The translations under genes and the position numbers were made by a program. Positions 1 to 8,738 of a DNA stretch of 37,142 bases are shown here, one piece after another. Each line of letters opens with the position of its first letter. Position 1 is the first letter of the stretch. The DNA lies in IMG/VR virus record IMGVR_UViG_3300038428_000132, positions 1 to 37,142 of that record. One strand, 5' to 3'. The notes under the pieces were generated by a model. The model was not told the DNA's origin and did not search any database. It saw only the letters and a list, made by a program, of their open reading frames with translations. This DNA comes from a virus.

Positions 1-341
1 TCCCCGCTTTGGTTCGGTAAGGTTCCAATATCAACCGTTCCTCCAGTCGTTACGAGGAACACCCAAATGAAAGGAGCTTTGAATACAGGCACGCCATTCT
101 TGTCGTACACGTTCACCACATAATAAGTTGGCACAGACAACTCGGCGTTAGACCAAATTTGCGTAAGTGGAAGGTTGCCGGTCAGGTCAAGCGTATATGA
201 GACCCTCTCAGCGGACACAACAATACCGCCCGGTGTAGTTACGGATTCTGATGAGTCCCACGAAAGCTGCAACGTTAATGTTCCGTTGGCAACCACCGCT
301 CCGTTGAAGAACTGAAAGTTGCCTCCATAAATCCCTATCAT
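1..341 (-). CDS. Virion-associated beta-rich domain protein; runs off the left window edge
   Basis: Read manually. ATG at 341-339 after GGGGAGGG; open to the edge (MIGIYGGNFQFFNGAVVANGTLTLQLS...YTLDLTGNLPLTQIWSNAEL...YYVVNVYDKNG). Its domain resembles the C-terminus of 365-1408. Confidence 0.7.
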   Translation of the reverse strand, partial: MIGIYGGNFQFFNGAVVANGTLTLQLSWDSSESVTTPGGIVVSAERVSYTLDLTGNLPLTQIWSNAELSVPTYYVVNVYDKNGVPVFKAPFIWVFLVTTGGTVDIGTLPNQSG

Positions 342-364
342 TCGTCATCCCTCCCCACAACCCT

Positions 365-1408
365 TTAAACGCTACTTACCTGGTTTACCATCCCACTCAA
401 GTCCTGTATGTCTCCAGTAAGGTTCGTAAAAATCCAAACCACTGGGAATCCAGACACCGGAAGACCGTTTGCATCAAACACCTTGACAGTGTAATACGTT
501 CCCCGCTGCGTTACTTTATCAAACGGACCTTGCACTAACTCAGCATTCGACCAAATTTTCGACCCCGACGGAACATTGCCGCTGCTGTCCAACGTAAACT
601 TGATCGGAACATTCGCGCAGACCCACCCTCCAGCTAGAGGAATAGTCGAGTTGAAAAACGTGATGGTGACGGTTTCCCCGGTACGCAGTACGATTGTAGA
701 GGGATCTTGGCTGACGGTAGTTTCCCATCCGGTGATAGGTGCTTCCACTACCGAATAGGTTCCCGGCTCAAGCGTCCCACTGTCATTCGATTCGCCGTCA
801 GTTAATGCAAAGGGGGTGCCCCAACTGGGTGTGAATGTAAAACTTTGTGGTGAACCTGATGGACTCGTAACTTTACGTACAATAATACGCTGACTAACGG
901 GAGGAAGTGGTGCCAAACACTCTCCGCAACAATCAAGATAATCCCCGCACATACTCCATTCCCAAAGGGGACCATATGGTCCTGGAGGCGTCGTGTTAGC
1001 ACTCTCAATATTGGAAGAAAAGGGTGGTAATAAATTAGAAGAGGGCAAATCTGGCAGGTATCCTGCGGGTGTAGAAAGTATAATCGAACAGTCACTAGCT
1101 TGATAGAGCGTCGGATGCGAAACTAAAAGTGTCCCTGCCCCACCCTCATCGCTAGCTGACAACAGAATCTCGTTCACTACTCCTGGGGTGCTGCCACCAA
1201 GTATTCCCGCACCTACCGCGTACCAGCCCGTCCCGTGAAACGGCTCATCAATGGGCCAAGTCTTTTCCAGGTTATCGCACTGAGCACTTACGGTTAATTC
1301 AGAACCGGGTGTGTAGTTGTCAAAGTTCATGTAGACCGAGAAACAATAGGGCAGGTCGGGGTCTACCACCACCGGTATATGATTAAAAACGAATCCTATG
1401 TACGCCAT
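365..1408 (-). CDS. Modular putative tail/receptor-binding or decoration protein
   Basis: 347 aa. N-domain resembles 1417-2040 (TLYQASDCS vs TLYQAADCS). Then a Pro-rich linker, an Ig/prealbumin-like segment (IIVRKVT...PGTYSVVE) and a C-domain with KIWSNAEL shared with 1-341. Confidence 0.6.
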   Translation of the reverse strand: MAYIGFVFNHIPVVVDPDLPYCFSVYMNFDNYTPGSELTVSAQCDNLEKTWPIDEPFHGTGWYAVGAGILGGSTPGVVNEILLSASDEGGAGTLLVSHPTLYQASDCSIILSTPAGYLPDLPSSNLLPPFSSNIESANTTPPGPYGPLWEWSMCGDYLDCCGECLAPLPPVSQRIIVRKVTSPSGSPQSFTFTPSWGTPFALTDGESNDSGTLEPGTYSVVEAPITGWETTVSQDPSTIVLRTGETVTITFFNSTIPLAGGWVCANVPIKFTLDSSGNVPSGSKIWSNAELVQGPFDKVTQRGTYYTVKVFDANGLPVSGFPVVWIFTNLTGDIQDLSGMVNQVSSV

Positions 1409-1416
1409 ATTAACCC

Positions 1417-2040
1417 TTAGCCAAAACAGGAAGTATTAAGCTCAAGTGCAATCGCGTTGCAATTCAGTGAACATCCAGTAGTGCCCGAACAATCTGCCGC
1501 CTGATAAAGAGTGACATTCGAGATTAGTAAGTATCCGGTGTCTGGATTGGATGTTTCATAACCAGGCGTATCGTACATGTCGCCGCCTACACCGCAAGGG
1601 CTCTGCTGGGGGTAGATGGGAACACTATACCAACCAACCGTACCCGTCTTGGGTCCGCATACATTTCCCTTATAGAAAGGTTGGTCCGCCACTAGTAAAC
1701 CAGGACCACTATAAAAGATGATTACACCGTTGTCGGGTTCGACAAGTGTAAACGGAACACCCGTTGTCAAACCACCAGAATAAAGTGTGAAACCAAGGAA
1801 ATTGTCTTCTGTGCTGAAAACGTAATGACTTGTATCGATGTACAACAAAAGACAAAAGGGCTTCGTGATGTCGAGGGTTAACTGATTTTTCAGATTAAAT
1901 TGCGCGTCAACAAAGGGACCCTCCGTCCAAGCATCGAATCTAAAAGCGTTCGAGCCGTCGGGAGCGCCACCAACAACTATAGTTAGGTTGATATAGTCCC
2001 AGTTGGCATCGTCAATCGCAGGTAAAAGGTTAGTCGGCAT
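1417..2040 (-). CDS. Putative virion beta-sandwich protein
   Basis: 207 aa, start overlaps upstream stop; paralogous to the N-terminal part of 365-1408. Confidence 0.55.
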   Translation of the reverse strand: MPTNLLPAIDDANWDYINLTIVVGGAPDGSNAFRFDAWTEGPFVDAQFNLKNQLTLDITKPFCLLLYIDTSHYVFSTEDNFLGFTLYSGGLTTGVPFTLVEPDNGVIIFYSGPGLLVADQPFYKGNVCGPKTGTVGWYSVPIYPQQSPCGVGGDMYDTPGYETSNPDTGYLLISNVTLYQAADCSGTTGCSLNCNAIALELNTSCFG

Positions 2041-2416
2041 TCCACTTCACCCATTCTCCACGCACTAACATACCTTTCCAACCACAAGAAAAAGTTAAAA
2101 CTCCGGGAATAGTTATGGTAGTCGTTTTCATTACTGGTCTTTGTAGAACTTCCAACTTCACGCCGCAAACCGGACAACCGAGGACAATCGGCTGTGGTGT
2201 CGGGATAAATACACATCCCGCTAGCACGTCTGCTACCTGGGTAACAATCTTTGCCGGAATCAGTGGAACTGCTGTTTTAACCATATTCGGACTCCTGTAC
2301 GGAAATACTCGGTTCAGCCACTTTTGCCGCTTCGTACATCCTGGACAAGGCGGAATACCTAAGACCGTCGTAACCTTCGCAACCGTATCGCCCAGCCCTT
2401 TTGACTCCGCCATCAT
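2030..2416 (-). CDS. Hypothetical Cys-motif phage protein
   Basis: GGAGG RBS; SKGLGDTVAKVT..LGIPPCPGCTKRQKWLN and CPVC motifs; ATGA overlap with the upstream ORF. Confidence 0.65.
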   Translation of the reverse strand: MMAESKGLGDTVAKVTTVLGIPPCPGCTKRQKWLNRVFPYRSPNMVKTAVPLIPAKIVTQVADVLAGCVFIPTPQPIVLGCPVCGVKLEVLQRPVMKTTTITIPGVLTFSCGWKGMLVRGEWVKWNAD

Positions 2417-2571
2417 TCCTCCGCCGATGGCTTGCTTACTGGTGGTAGAAACACGACGCGCCCCGGCGTCACAAGCTCTTGGTCGTCTTCTGACAATTCA
2501 AACAACACTGTCCCGCCAGCAATCGGGGAGCCGTCCGGGTATTGAAATCGTCCGTTTGTTATCGTGATCAT
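2413..2571 (-). CDS. 52-aa ORF / gene fragment matching the N-terminal half of the 1-341 domain
   Basis: Below track cutoff; MITITNGRFQYPDGSPIAGGTVLFELSEDDQELVTPGRVV...; ATGA-coupled at both ends. Confidence 0.55.
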   Translation of the reverse strand: MITITNGRFQYPDGSPIAGGTVLFELSEDDQELVTPGRVVFLPPVSKPSAEE

Positions 2572-2780
2572 CTTGATGGTATCCTAACTATGAATATCCC
2601 ATGTGTGACGAGCCATTCGATGAGATTGTACTGAATGCTGATTAGCCTTCCCTGCATCTCAACCTGCCACAACAGATAAAACGTAGTGATGATTAGGGTG
2701 TAAAAAATCAAGTTGGACGGAGGAGGGTGCAACAGATGTGCCCAAAGTTTTACTAGCATTGCTTTGAGTTTTGTAAGCAT
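2568..2780 (-). CDS. Small membrane protein
   Basis: 70 aa, hydrophobic stretch LIFYTLIITTFYLLW; operon-coupled. Confidence 0.5.
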   Translation of the reverse strand: MLTKLKAMLVKLWAHLLHPPPSNLIFYTLIITTFYLLWQVEMQGRLISIQYNLIEWLVTHGIFIVRIPSR

Positions 2781-2784
2781 GAGT

Positions 2785-3057
2785 TTATTTATTCTTTCCT
2801 GACCATTTTGCTATCACTTTTGGGCGCACAGGCACAAGAGTAAAATCATAAATATCAGGACCAGCCCCATGCTCAGTAAGCACCAGCCAATATCGTCCTA
2901 TCTTAGCAACCCAGCCAGCCGTTTTAATGATTCGTCCCTGCGGCGCACCTCTGCGCAAAACGCTAAACTTGGGCAGTTCGGAACGCATGACACCGAATGC
3001 GTCTTCCCAATGCAATTCTCCTAAACGAAATCTGACGCCGTTCACGGTCATAGTCAT
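2785..3057 (-). CDS. Small hypothetical phage protein
   Basis: 90 aa with W-x-DA...TAGW pattern; fits operon spacing. Confidence 0.55.
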   Translation of the reverse strand: MTMTVNGVRFRLGELHWEDAFGVMRSELPKFSVLRRGAPQGRIIKTAGWVAKIGRYWLVLTEHGAGPDIYDFTLVPVRPKVIAKWSGKNK

Positions 3058-3060
3058 GTC

Positions 3061-3204
3061 TTACTGACCCATCTGCGCTATCGCCATTGCATACAGCTTG
3101 TAAACTGCTACTGCAATTAACAACACAGTGATTGAAAAGACAATCAGGGTAGGCCACGTCAAGCCATAAATTTTTCGCATTTCTTGCACAACTTTGTCTA
3201 GCAT
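3061..3204 (-). CDS. 47-aa single-pass membrane protein
   Basis: Read manually: AAGGA RBS, MLDKVVQEMRKIYGLTWPTLIVFSITVLLIAVAVYKLYAMAIAQMGQ. Confidence 0.6.
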   Translation of the reverse strand: MLDKVVQEMRKIYGLTWPTLIVFSITVLLIAVAVYKLYAMAIAQMGQ

Positions 3205-3237
3205 ACTATCCTTCCTGTTCATTTCTGCGAGGGCATA

Positions 3238-4287
3238 TCAGTAACTTGGGCCGTAGGGCATTGCCGGGTTTGGAAAATAAACATCTCCTGAAGCCATGAC
3301 TGAAGTTGCTGGAAACATTATCGCACTGTCACGGGTCCGATCTTGGGACTTCTTTGAATCAAGCAAAGACTTCTCCCACAATGCAACTGCGTCGATATGC
3401 TTCTGGCGAATTTTCGGGTCCGGCGACATGCCATAGAAATGGGCAACCATTCCTTCCATGAAAGACAGCGCATAGTCATCCGGGATAGGTTCAATCGTCT
3501 GAGATAGAGCCGTAAACATCGGAGGCCGCATCTGCCAAATTGGAAAGATTTGATAAGGCACGCCGGTCTGCGGAGGCAGCGGAGAAAGTCTGAATCCAAA
3601 ATTGTTAGGGTTGATGGCAGTCCACTTGCATGAGCCGTCTATAGCCACAGTAGGCGTAACACTGGGCTTGTCGAAGGAAGGAAAGACAACTGTGGAAGGC
3701 CATGAAGGATCAGCCGGACCAAGTACACCGGTTGTTCCAAAAGTAGTCAACATCCACAAATTGCCGTTGTTGTCCCGAATTTGAAGCCAAGGATTAGCAG
3801 GGGTGATTAGCACACCGACAGGGGAGGCAATAACCTGTAGAGGCTGCGGGTTCATAGTATTACCCGTGCCTTCTCCGCTAGCACCCCATGTCGCGTACTG
3901 AAGGTCCCTATTCAGCATGACGCCGAGTTGACCGGGCCGACCGTACTGGTGGGTTGTCTCAGAGATATTCTGCGCCACTTCCAAGGGCCAGATCGGGCGA
4001 GGATTCGCTGTGTTGTTGATCTCTAGCAGGTAGCCGTCTTGAAGGAAGGCCACATCAACTAGATTTGTGGCGTAGTCTTGTTGCCACGAGTTCGTAATGC
4101 CAATGGGAAAGATTTTTCGATTGAAGGACCACTTCAACGCTGAGGAAAGGAACTTCTTCATGACAGCGTTAGCGGTGAGTAGAACACGCTTGACTGAGTA
4201 GCCAGAAACCGGAATGACGCTGTTTAGGTCAGCAAGGCTCTGGCAGTAGTCCAAGCAATCTTGAAGTCGCGTAGTGCTATTGCCCAT
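3238..4287 (-). CDS. Probable head-tail adaptor/connector-like virion protein
   Basis: Start moved to MGNSTT (AGGAG RBS). Helical N- and C-terminal segments flank a beta-rich middle. Located two genes downstream of the capsid gene. Function is inferred from position and architecture. Confidence 0.45.
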   Translation of the reverse strand: MGNSTTRLQDCLDYCQSLADLNSVIPVSGYSVKRVLLTANAVMKKFLSSALKWSFNRKIFPIGITNSWQQDYATNLVDVAFLQDGYLLEINNTANPRPIWPLEVAQNISETTHQYGRPGQLGVMLNRDLQYATWGASGEGTGNTMNPQPLQVIASPVGVLITPANPWLQIRDNNGNLWMLTTFGTTGVLGPADPSWPSTVVFPSFDKPSVTPTVAIDGSCKWTAINPNNFGFRLSPLPPQTGVPYQIFPIWQMRPPMFTALSQTIEPIPDDYALSFMEGMVAHFYGMSPDPKIRQKHIDAVALWEKSLLDSKKSQDRTRDSAIMFPATSVMASGDVYFPNPAMPYGPSY

Positions 4288-4378
4288 GGTGCTCCTGCCT
4301 GCGAAGATCATAAGGGAGGCCACTCACGTAGCCCCCTCTAACCCCATGCTCTTCACATGGGGGGCTGTAGTAAGGCAA

Positions 4379-4909
4379 TCACGCAGCGACAGGAGTGAGT
4401 GTGCCCGAGGCTACCGCGACCGTGTTTCCACGAGCGTCGGTAAACTTGAACAGCACAGGAACAGGACCCCGTAGGCCCCTGTGAGGGAGCTTCTTAATGC
4501 GAGCGAACTCCACCGGGTCATCTGCCTGAGCAACCGTCTTTTCGCAACGGATGCATCGGTAGCTTTGCTTACCAAGGCTGTCAGTCTCTAATTGGAAAGT
4601 AGTCTGAACGCCTTCACCTTGATACAGCCCCTCAAGACCTTCTCCACCCTGTGAGTGATTGCACCACTCCTGTTTTCGCGCCTCGTTCTCACGCCGTCTG
4701 GCGTCAGATTCAAGGGCGTTTTGCAACTTGACGCGCAACGCCTCCCGGCGCTGCTTCGATTCTGCATTGCGTGCCTTCAAATCTTCCAGTTCAAGCATCT
4801 GCGCTTCCAACTTCGCTTTTGCCAATTCTTTCTCAAGTTGCGCAGATTCAATTGCCAACTGGTCGATCTGGTCTTGCGCGGTCACAGAAATATTTTTCTC
4901 TGTAGCCAT
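4379..4909 (-). CDS. Coiled-coil protein with putative Zn-binding C-terminal domain
   Basis: Start moved to MATEK (GAGGAG RBS). Long E/L/K/A heptads, then CNH...CIRC. Confidence 0.7.
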   Translation of the reverse strand: MATEKNISVTAQDQIDQLAIESAQLEKELAKAKLEAQMLELEDLKARNAESKQRREALRVKLQNALESDARRRENEARKQEWCNHSQGGEGLEGLYQGEGVQTTFQLETDSLGKQSYRCIRCEKTVAQADDPVEFARIKKLPHRGLRGPVPVLFKFTDARGNTVAVASGTLTPVAA

Positions 4910-4922
4910 AATACTCTCCTCT

Positions 4923-4938
4923 CCCGCCATTCTGCGGG
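4923..4938 (-). promoter_or_regulatory. Hairpin CCCGC-AGAATG-GCGGG just upstream of the RBS
   Basis: Same hexaloop and position as 7902-7915, with a different stem sequence. Confidence 0.5.
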
Positions 4939-4950
4939 TACTTTCAGATT

Positions 4951-5313
4951 TTAACTACGCTCCCGGAGGAGCATTAACTGCTTCTTCCATTGATGATTGA
5001 AACACATCGTCTGGTATCCGTCTGGATAGCCAGCACGACGCAATTTTCTATAAAAAATAACTCCACCGTTACAACCACCACTTTTACGATGCTGCGTCCC
5101 TCCACCGTTAATATGGTCAAGAGACAACATATCTACGTCGTCAACGGTGCATCCGGGCCAGACACAGTTAGGAGTATTATTTACCCCATAATGTGCAAGA
5201 ACTTCGACTTTCAACATTTCCTGTTGTTCTTTACGGCGCTTCTTACATTCTGGAAAATTGCGGTATGTTTTTTCCCATTCCGCCGTTCTTCTTCCATTTA
5301 CATATTTTTGCAT
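4951..5313 (-). CDS. Free-standing HNH-type endonuclease, family A copy 1
   Basis: CVWPGC...LSLDHINGGG...GYQTMCFNHQWKK; paralog of 10868-11305, 14018-14440 and 22228-22560. Confidence 0.75.
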   Translation of the reverse strand: MQKYVNGRRTAEWEKTYRNFPECKKRRKEQQEMLKVEVLAHYGVNNTPNCVWPGCTVDDVDMLSLDHINGGGTQHRKSGGCNGGVIFYRKLRRAGYPDGYQTMCFNHQWKKQLMLLRERS

Positions 5314-5321
5314 AGTATTCT

Positions 5322-5370
5322 CCCTAGAAGAATTGTGATGGGGCGAAGTCTAGGGCAACGCCCCATTCAC
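5322..5370 (-). promoter_or_regulatory. RBS-sequestering H-type pseudoknot
   Basis: Stem AUGGGGCG/CGCCCCAU; loop CCCUAG is complementary to CUAGGG overlapping the Shine-Dalgarno of the HNH gene. Confidence 0.55.
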
Positions 5371-5394
5371 TCTGCATCAATCAAGCCAAGACCT

Positions 5395-5442
5395 GCATGG
5401 CCATGCTAGCCTTGGTTTGGGAACTCACGAATGGCCATTCGT
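5395..5442. repeat. Twin perfect palindromes with ATGGCCAT core
   Basis: GCATGGCCATGC (5395-5406) and ACGAATGGCCATTCGT (5427-5442). Confidence 0.8.
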
Positions 5443-5469
5443 TTATTCCAAGATTTTGAGCTGGTGAGT

Positions 5470-6498
5470 TTAGCTCAATGAAGAAGTCGCGTCGATGAAT
5501 CGCAGACGACCCGTAGTGTCAGGAGGCAAAGTAAACACAACCTTGACGTTATAGGAAGTCCACCCACCGATCACGCGGGTCGGGTCCCCGACCGTAGGCT
5601 CTGTCGGCTTCATGATCCAAATCTTCATGTTGGACCAATCGCCTTCGCCGATCTGAGCGTTTTCCTTAACGCCCAAGCTGATCCCGACGATAGCTTGATG
5701 GCCGAAAAGGTACGTACGGTACGCGGTCAAAGCGCCAGAGGCGTAGTCCGCTGTTTGCTTGACGAGAGGCGACTCGTAGAATCGCATTCCGCCAAACTCA
5801 AGCACGGGCACAACATGGTCCTTGCCGTCTCCGCCGGGCAGTTCCAACAGGCGGTCCAGCCCTTCAGTGGTGTGCTTGTAGATGTCAACCAATCCTTGCG
5901 CTGAGGCGTCGTTCAAGGTATCCCCAATCGCTAGCGGAGTGATGACTCCCACGAAGCGGTTCGCTGCCTTATCAAAAGGCAACACGGAGCGTTGACGCAG
6001 TTCTTGCGTAATCGCTGTCAGGTCGGTACGCTGTAGAGGCGATCCCGAAGCCTTTGGCTGATACACAGTGCTGTCGATGGCGCTCGCGCCGTCCGCGACA
6101 TTGCGGACCAATGTGCTGATGGTACCGGCCAATCGGTAAGCCATCTCGCGTTCCAAGTTCTCAACGCAAGGGTCGATTGCGGTCTCAAGAGCGTAGTCTG
6201 ACACGTTGACGTAATCGGCGTACTGCCCGATCACGGCGCTGTCAGTTGACACAGCCGGAGCCTTGCCGGAAGTCACAGTACCTTCCGAGGCTGTAGAAGT
6301 CGTGAAAGCAACTCCCAATCCCGGAGCGTACATGTACAGCCGGTGGTTTTGACCAGACTGTGGAGGCAATTCCCGGCGCTCGACGCAACGGTAGAACGGG
6401 GTCAATTGCTTCAAGTTCTGAATAAAGTCCCGGTCAAAGTAAGTCGCTTGCGCTTGTGGCAAATTGCTTACCAGACCGGAAGTGGGTGAATAACCCAT
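5470..6498 (-). CDS. Major capsid protein (N4-gp56-like, HK97 fold)
   Basis: 342 aa; ELPPQSGQN..., IGQYADYVNVSDYALETAIDP pattern; directly follows the scaffold gene. Confidence 0.9.
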   Translation of the reverse strand: MGYSPTSGLVSNLPQAQATYFDRDFIQNLKQLTPFYRCVERRELPPQSGQNHRLYMYAPGLGVAFTTSTASEGTVTSGKAPAVSTDSAVIGQYADYVNVSDYALETAIDPCVENLEREMAYRLAGTISTLVRNVADGASAIDSTVYQPKASGSPLQRTDLTAITQELRQRSVLPFDKAANRFVGVITPLAIGDTLNDASAQGLVDIYKHTTEGLDRLLELPGGDGKDHVVPVLEFGGMRFYESPLVKQTADYASGALTAYRTYLFGHQAIVGISLGVKENAQIGEGDWSNMKIWIMKPTEPTVGDPTRVIGGWTSYNVKVVFTLPPDTTGRLRFIDATSSLS

Positions 6499-6512
6499 GG
6501 TGATGTTCTCTC

Positions 6513-6533
6513 AAACCACGTTTTTCGTGGTTT
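6513..6533 (-). promoter_or_regulatory. 8-bp hairpin between scaffold and capsid genes
   Basis: AAACCACG-AAAAA-CGTGGTTT; possibly a stabilising or processing hairpin. Confidence 0.35.
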
Positions 6534-7887
6534 ACGAAGTGCGTCTGAGGTTGATCTTGTTCAAACGATCCGCGAAGTAACGATCACTTCGGATTCGCCG
6601 TTTCATAACCTCAAGCGGCATCTCGTTTACTTCCTTTAGGAACGCATCGTCGTCACTCTGACCAACCGGCGGGGTTCCCGAACCATGTTGGGTAGAGAGA
6701 ACAGCGAATTTAGTTCCCCTCGGTCTGAGGTTCTCTTGCGACTCCGTTGTATTGGCAACGGGCGGGGCAGATGCAGGAGGCGCTGGTGGTGCCGGAGGCG
6801 CGACCACTGGCTCCTGAGAGGCCCGAGGCTCAGTGACTATTGGGGCACCGGGTGTCGGCTCTGAAATGCTTTTTGATTCTGTTGTGGTAACAACTTCGTT
6901 ACCGATTGAGCGCGGAACGATAACACCACGCTCGACAAGATCGTCGTAGATAATAGCGAGATTGTGTGCGGTCCAGCCGAACGACTTTCCTTCAGCCTGC
7001 TCCGCATCTTTCCTTTTCGTGATCTCGTCCATCATCAATTGCTTCGCTGAAGGACTGACTGGAAAGTCAGTATGTTCAGCCAAAAATTTGTTCGTCTCTT
7101 GCGTAGCACGCGCAGCCCAAATCGCATCCTGCTCGCGGGCGAGGCGTGATCGCGTCTGTTCGACGGTTTCGCCGAATTGCAACCTGTACAATTCAGCATA
7201 TCCTTCGACGATTGTTTCCGGGTCCGAGATCAAGCGAGCGATACGAACCTTGTCCTCGGTGGTCAACGCAGCAGGCTCGAAAGTAAGCTTCTGCGACTCT
7301 TGATCGTAACTGCGGTACTTGTCGCGGTATTCTTTGATCTTCCGCGCCGCAATGATGTTCAACTGCTTCAACCGTTCGGCAAGGTCCTTGTACGCTGCCG
7401 CCTCAGTAGGTCCTTTTCCAAACACCTTGCTTGGCGGTCCCACTGGCTTGCCAGCTTCGTCCGTCGCCTGCCACTCTTCAACAACCACGACTTCTTTCGG
7501 AGCCGGGGGTGGAGGCAAAGGTGCTGGCACAGGGGCCGGAGCCGGTACTGGCGCTGGTTCTACGGGCACAGGTGCGGGAGTCTCCGCCGGAGGTGCCGGT
7601 TCTTGGCCCTCCATTACAGCCATCGGATCAACACGCACAACTTCCCGCGTCGGCTTAATCGGCTCAAGCGTAGGAGCACTTGGGTCTGGAATAAAATCAT
7701 CACCTTTTTCATTGCCAATGAATGGTTGATGATCTATCATCGCTTGTCTTTTTCTCCGTCTATCTTCCAAATCTTGAGCAACCACACTTGATAGTGGTGC
7801 TGCTGGAACCTTGGAAGGCGCTGCCTGTTCAACGTTCCTTTCAGAAGTCATGCGGTCCATTGGACTGCCTTGACCGGGTTCTGCCAT
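6532..7887 (-). CDS. Capsid scaffolding protein
   Basis: 451 aa, P/A/E-rich disordered segments plus a helical core and a short basic C-terminal helix; lies between portal and capsid genes. Confidence 0.7.
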   Translation of the reverse strand: MAEPGQGSPMDRMTSERNVEQAAPSKVPAAPLSSVVAQDLEDRRRKRQAMIDHQPFIGNEKGDDFIPDPSAPTLEPIKPTREVVRVDPMAVMEGQEPAPPAETPAPVPVEPAPVPAPAPVPAPLPPPPAPKEVVVVEEWQATDEAGKPVGPPSKVFGKGPTEAAAYKDLAERLKQLNIIAARKIKEYRDKYRSYDQESQKLTFEPAALTTEDKVRIARLISDPETIVEGYAELYRLQFGETVEQTRSRLAREQDAIWAARATQETNKFLAEHTDFPVSPSAKQLMMDEITKRKDAEQAEGKSFGWTAHNLAIIYDDLVERGVIVPRSIGNEVVTTTESKSISEPTPGAPIVTEPRASQEPVVAPPAPPAPPASAPPVANTTESQENLRPRGTKFAVLSTQHGSGTPPVGQSDDDAFLKEVNEMPLEVMKRRIRSDRYFADRLNKINLRRTS

Positions 7888-7901
7888 AAGTCACTTCCTT
7901 C

Positions 7902-7915
7902 GGGCCATTCTGCCC
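7902..7915 (-). promoter_or_regulatory. Hairpin GGGC-AGAATG-GCCC just upstream of the scaffold RBS
   Basis: Followed by GAAGGAAG and an ATG 14 nt later; mirrors 4923-4938. Confidence 0.5.
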
Positions 7916-7961
7916 TAATGAATTTACGCCGACCTATTCGTCAGCGATATTACTAGCTCTC

Positions 7962-8189
7962 TTACGCCTCACAACCTCCGCCCGGTTTAGAGCATCGGTA
8001 GTTCAATTCGTAATTCTTTTTTCGGTCAATTGGCGGGGTTGCTTGCACCCCACTAACGTTCGCAGCCACATGCCGCACAGGTGCGCAGTCTCCGTCAAAC
8101 TCTAACGGCGCTTCCTTCGTCGCGTTTTCTTTCACTAATTCGTCAACTGGCTTTCCGTAATTCATGTTATTCTCCACTAAGCATTTCAT
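7962..8189 (-). CDS. Hypothetical protein
   Basis: 75 aa in the head operon; a later start (MNYGK) is possible. Confidence 0.5.
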   Translation of the reverse strand: MKCLVENNMNYGKPVDELVKENATKEAPLEFDGDCAPVRHVAANVSGVQATPPIDRKKNYELNYRCSKPGGGCEA

Positions 8190-8727
8190 CCATGGGAGTC
8201 GGTAAGATGCTCTTCGTCGCCCTCAGCCGTGTTTTTTCTGACGGAGGAGGGGCTTCTTCTTGATGAATTGGGTTAAGTACTTTGTTAAGAACTTTGATAT
8301 TCTGTAAAGGGTCTCCAACAGGCTGCGCCAATGCAGTTTTCATAACCCGCAATTCTTCGTTCTCAGCCTCGGCCATCTTCATGTAAACAGCGACTTGCTT
8401 TTCCACGCTCTTGTTAAATAAGTATGCAGCATGAACAAGCCGATGACGCTCACGCACCTTCTCCCAATCTTCGGGAGAGGTCTCGACGAGGTTTGTAATG
8501 AAACCTTCCAAAGCACATTCGTAAAGATCACGAAGAACTTCGTATCCCGGAAGATTGACAACTTCCTCTAAATCTTGACGCTGGCGGTCATTCAACATCT
8601 CCATCTTCCACGACCGCATAGGCTCAAGTTGCTCTGGCTCGTCTTCCGCAGGAATGCCAGCCGCCATCGTCATGCCCTTCACAGCGCCGTCTACTATTTC
8701 TTTAAATTTCTCCCACCTTTTTCCCAT
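8167..8727 (-). CDS. Hypothetical helical protein downstream of portal
   Basis: 186 aa, 11 nt after the portal stop. Confidence 0.75.
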   Translation of the reverse strand: MGKRWEKFKEIVDGAVKGMTMAAGIPAEDEPEQLEPMRSWKMEMLNDRQRQDLEEVVNLPGYEVLRDLYECALEGFITNLVETSPEDWEKVRERHRLVHAAYLFNKSVEKQVAVYMKMAEAENEELRVMKTALAQPVGDPLQNIKVLNKVLNPIHQEEAPPPSEKTRLRATKSILPTPMDEMLSGE

Positions 8728-8738
8728 GACACAACCTT

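Noticed and set aside
248-265. Hammerhead-like CTGATGA...GAAA
   Set aside because: Only one base pair is possible for stem II, no convincing stems I/III, and it is antisense to coding sequence (WDSSES).
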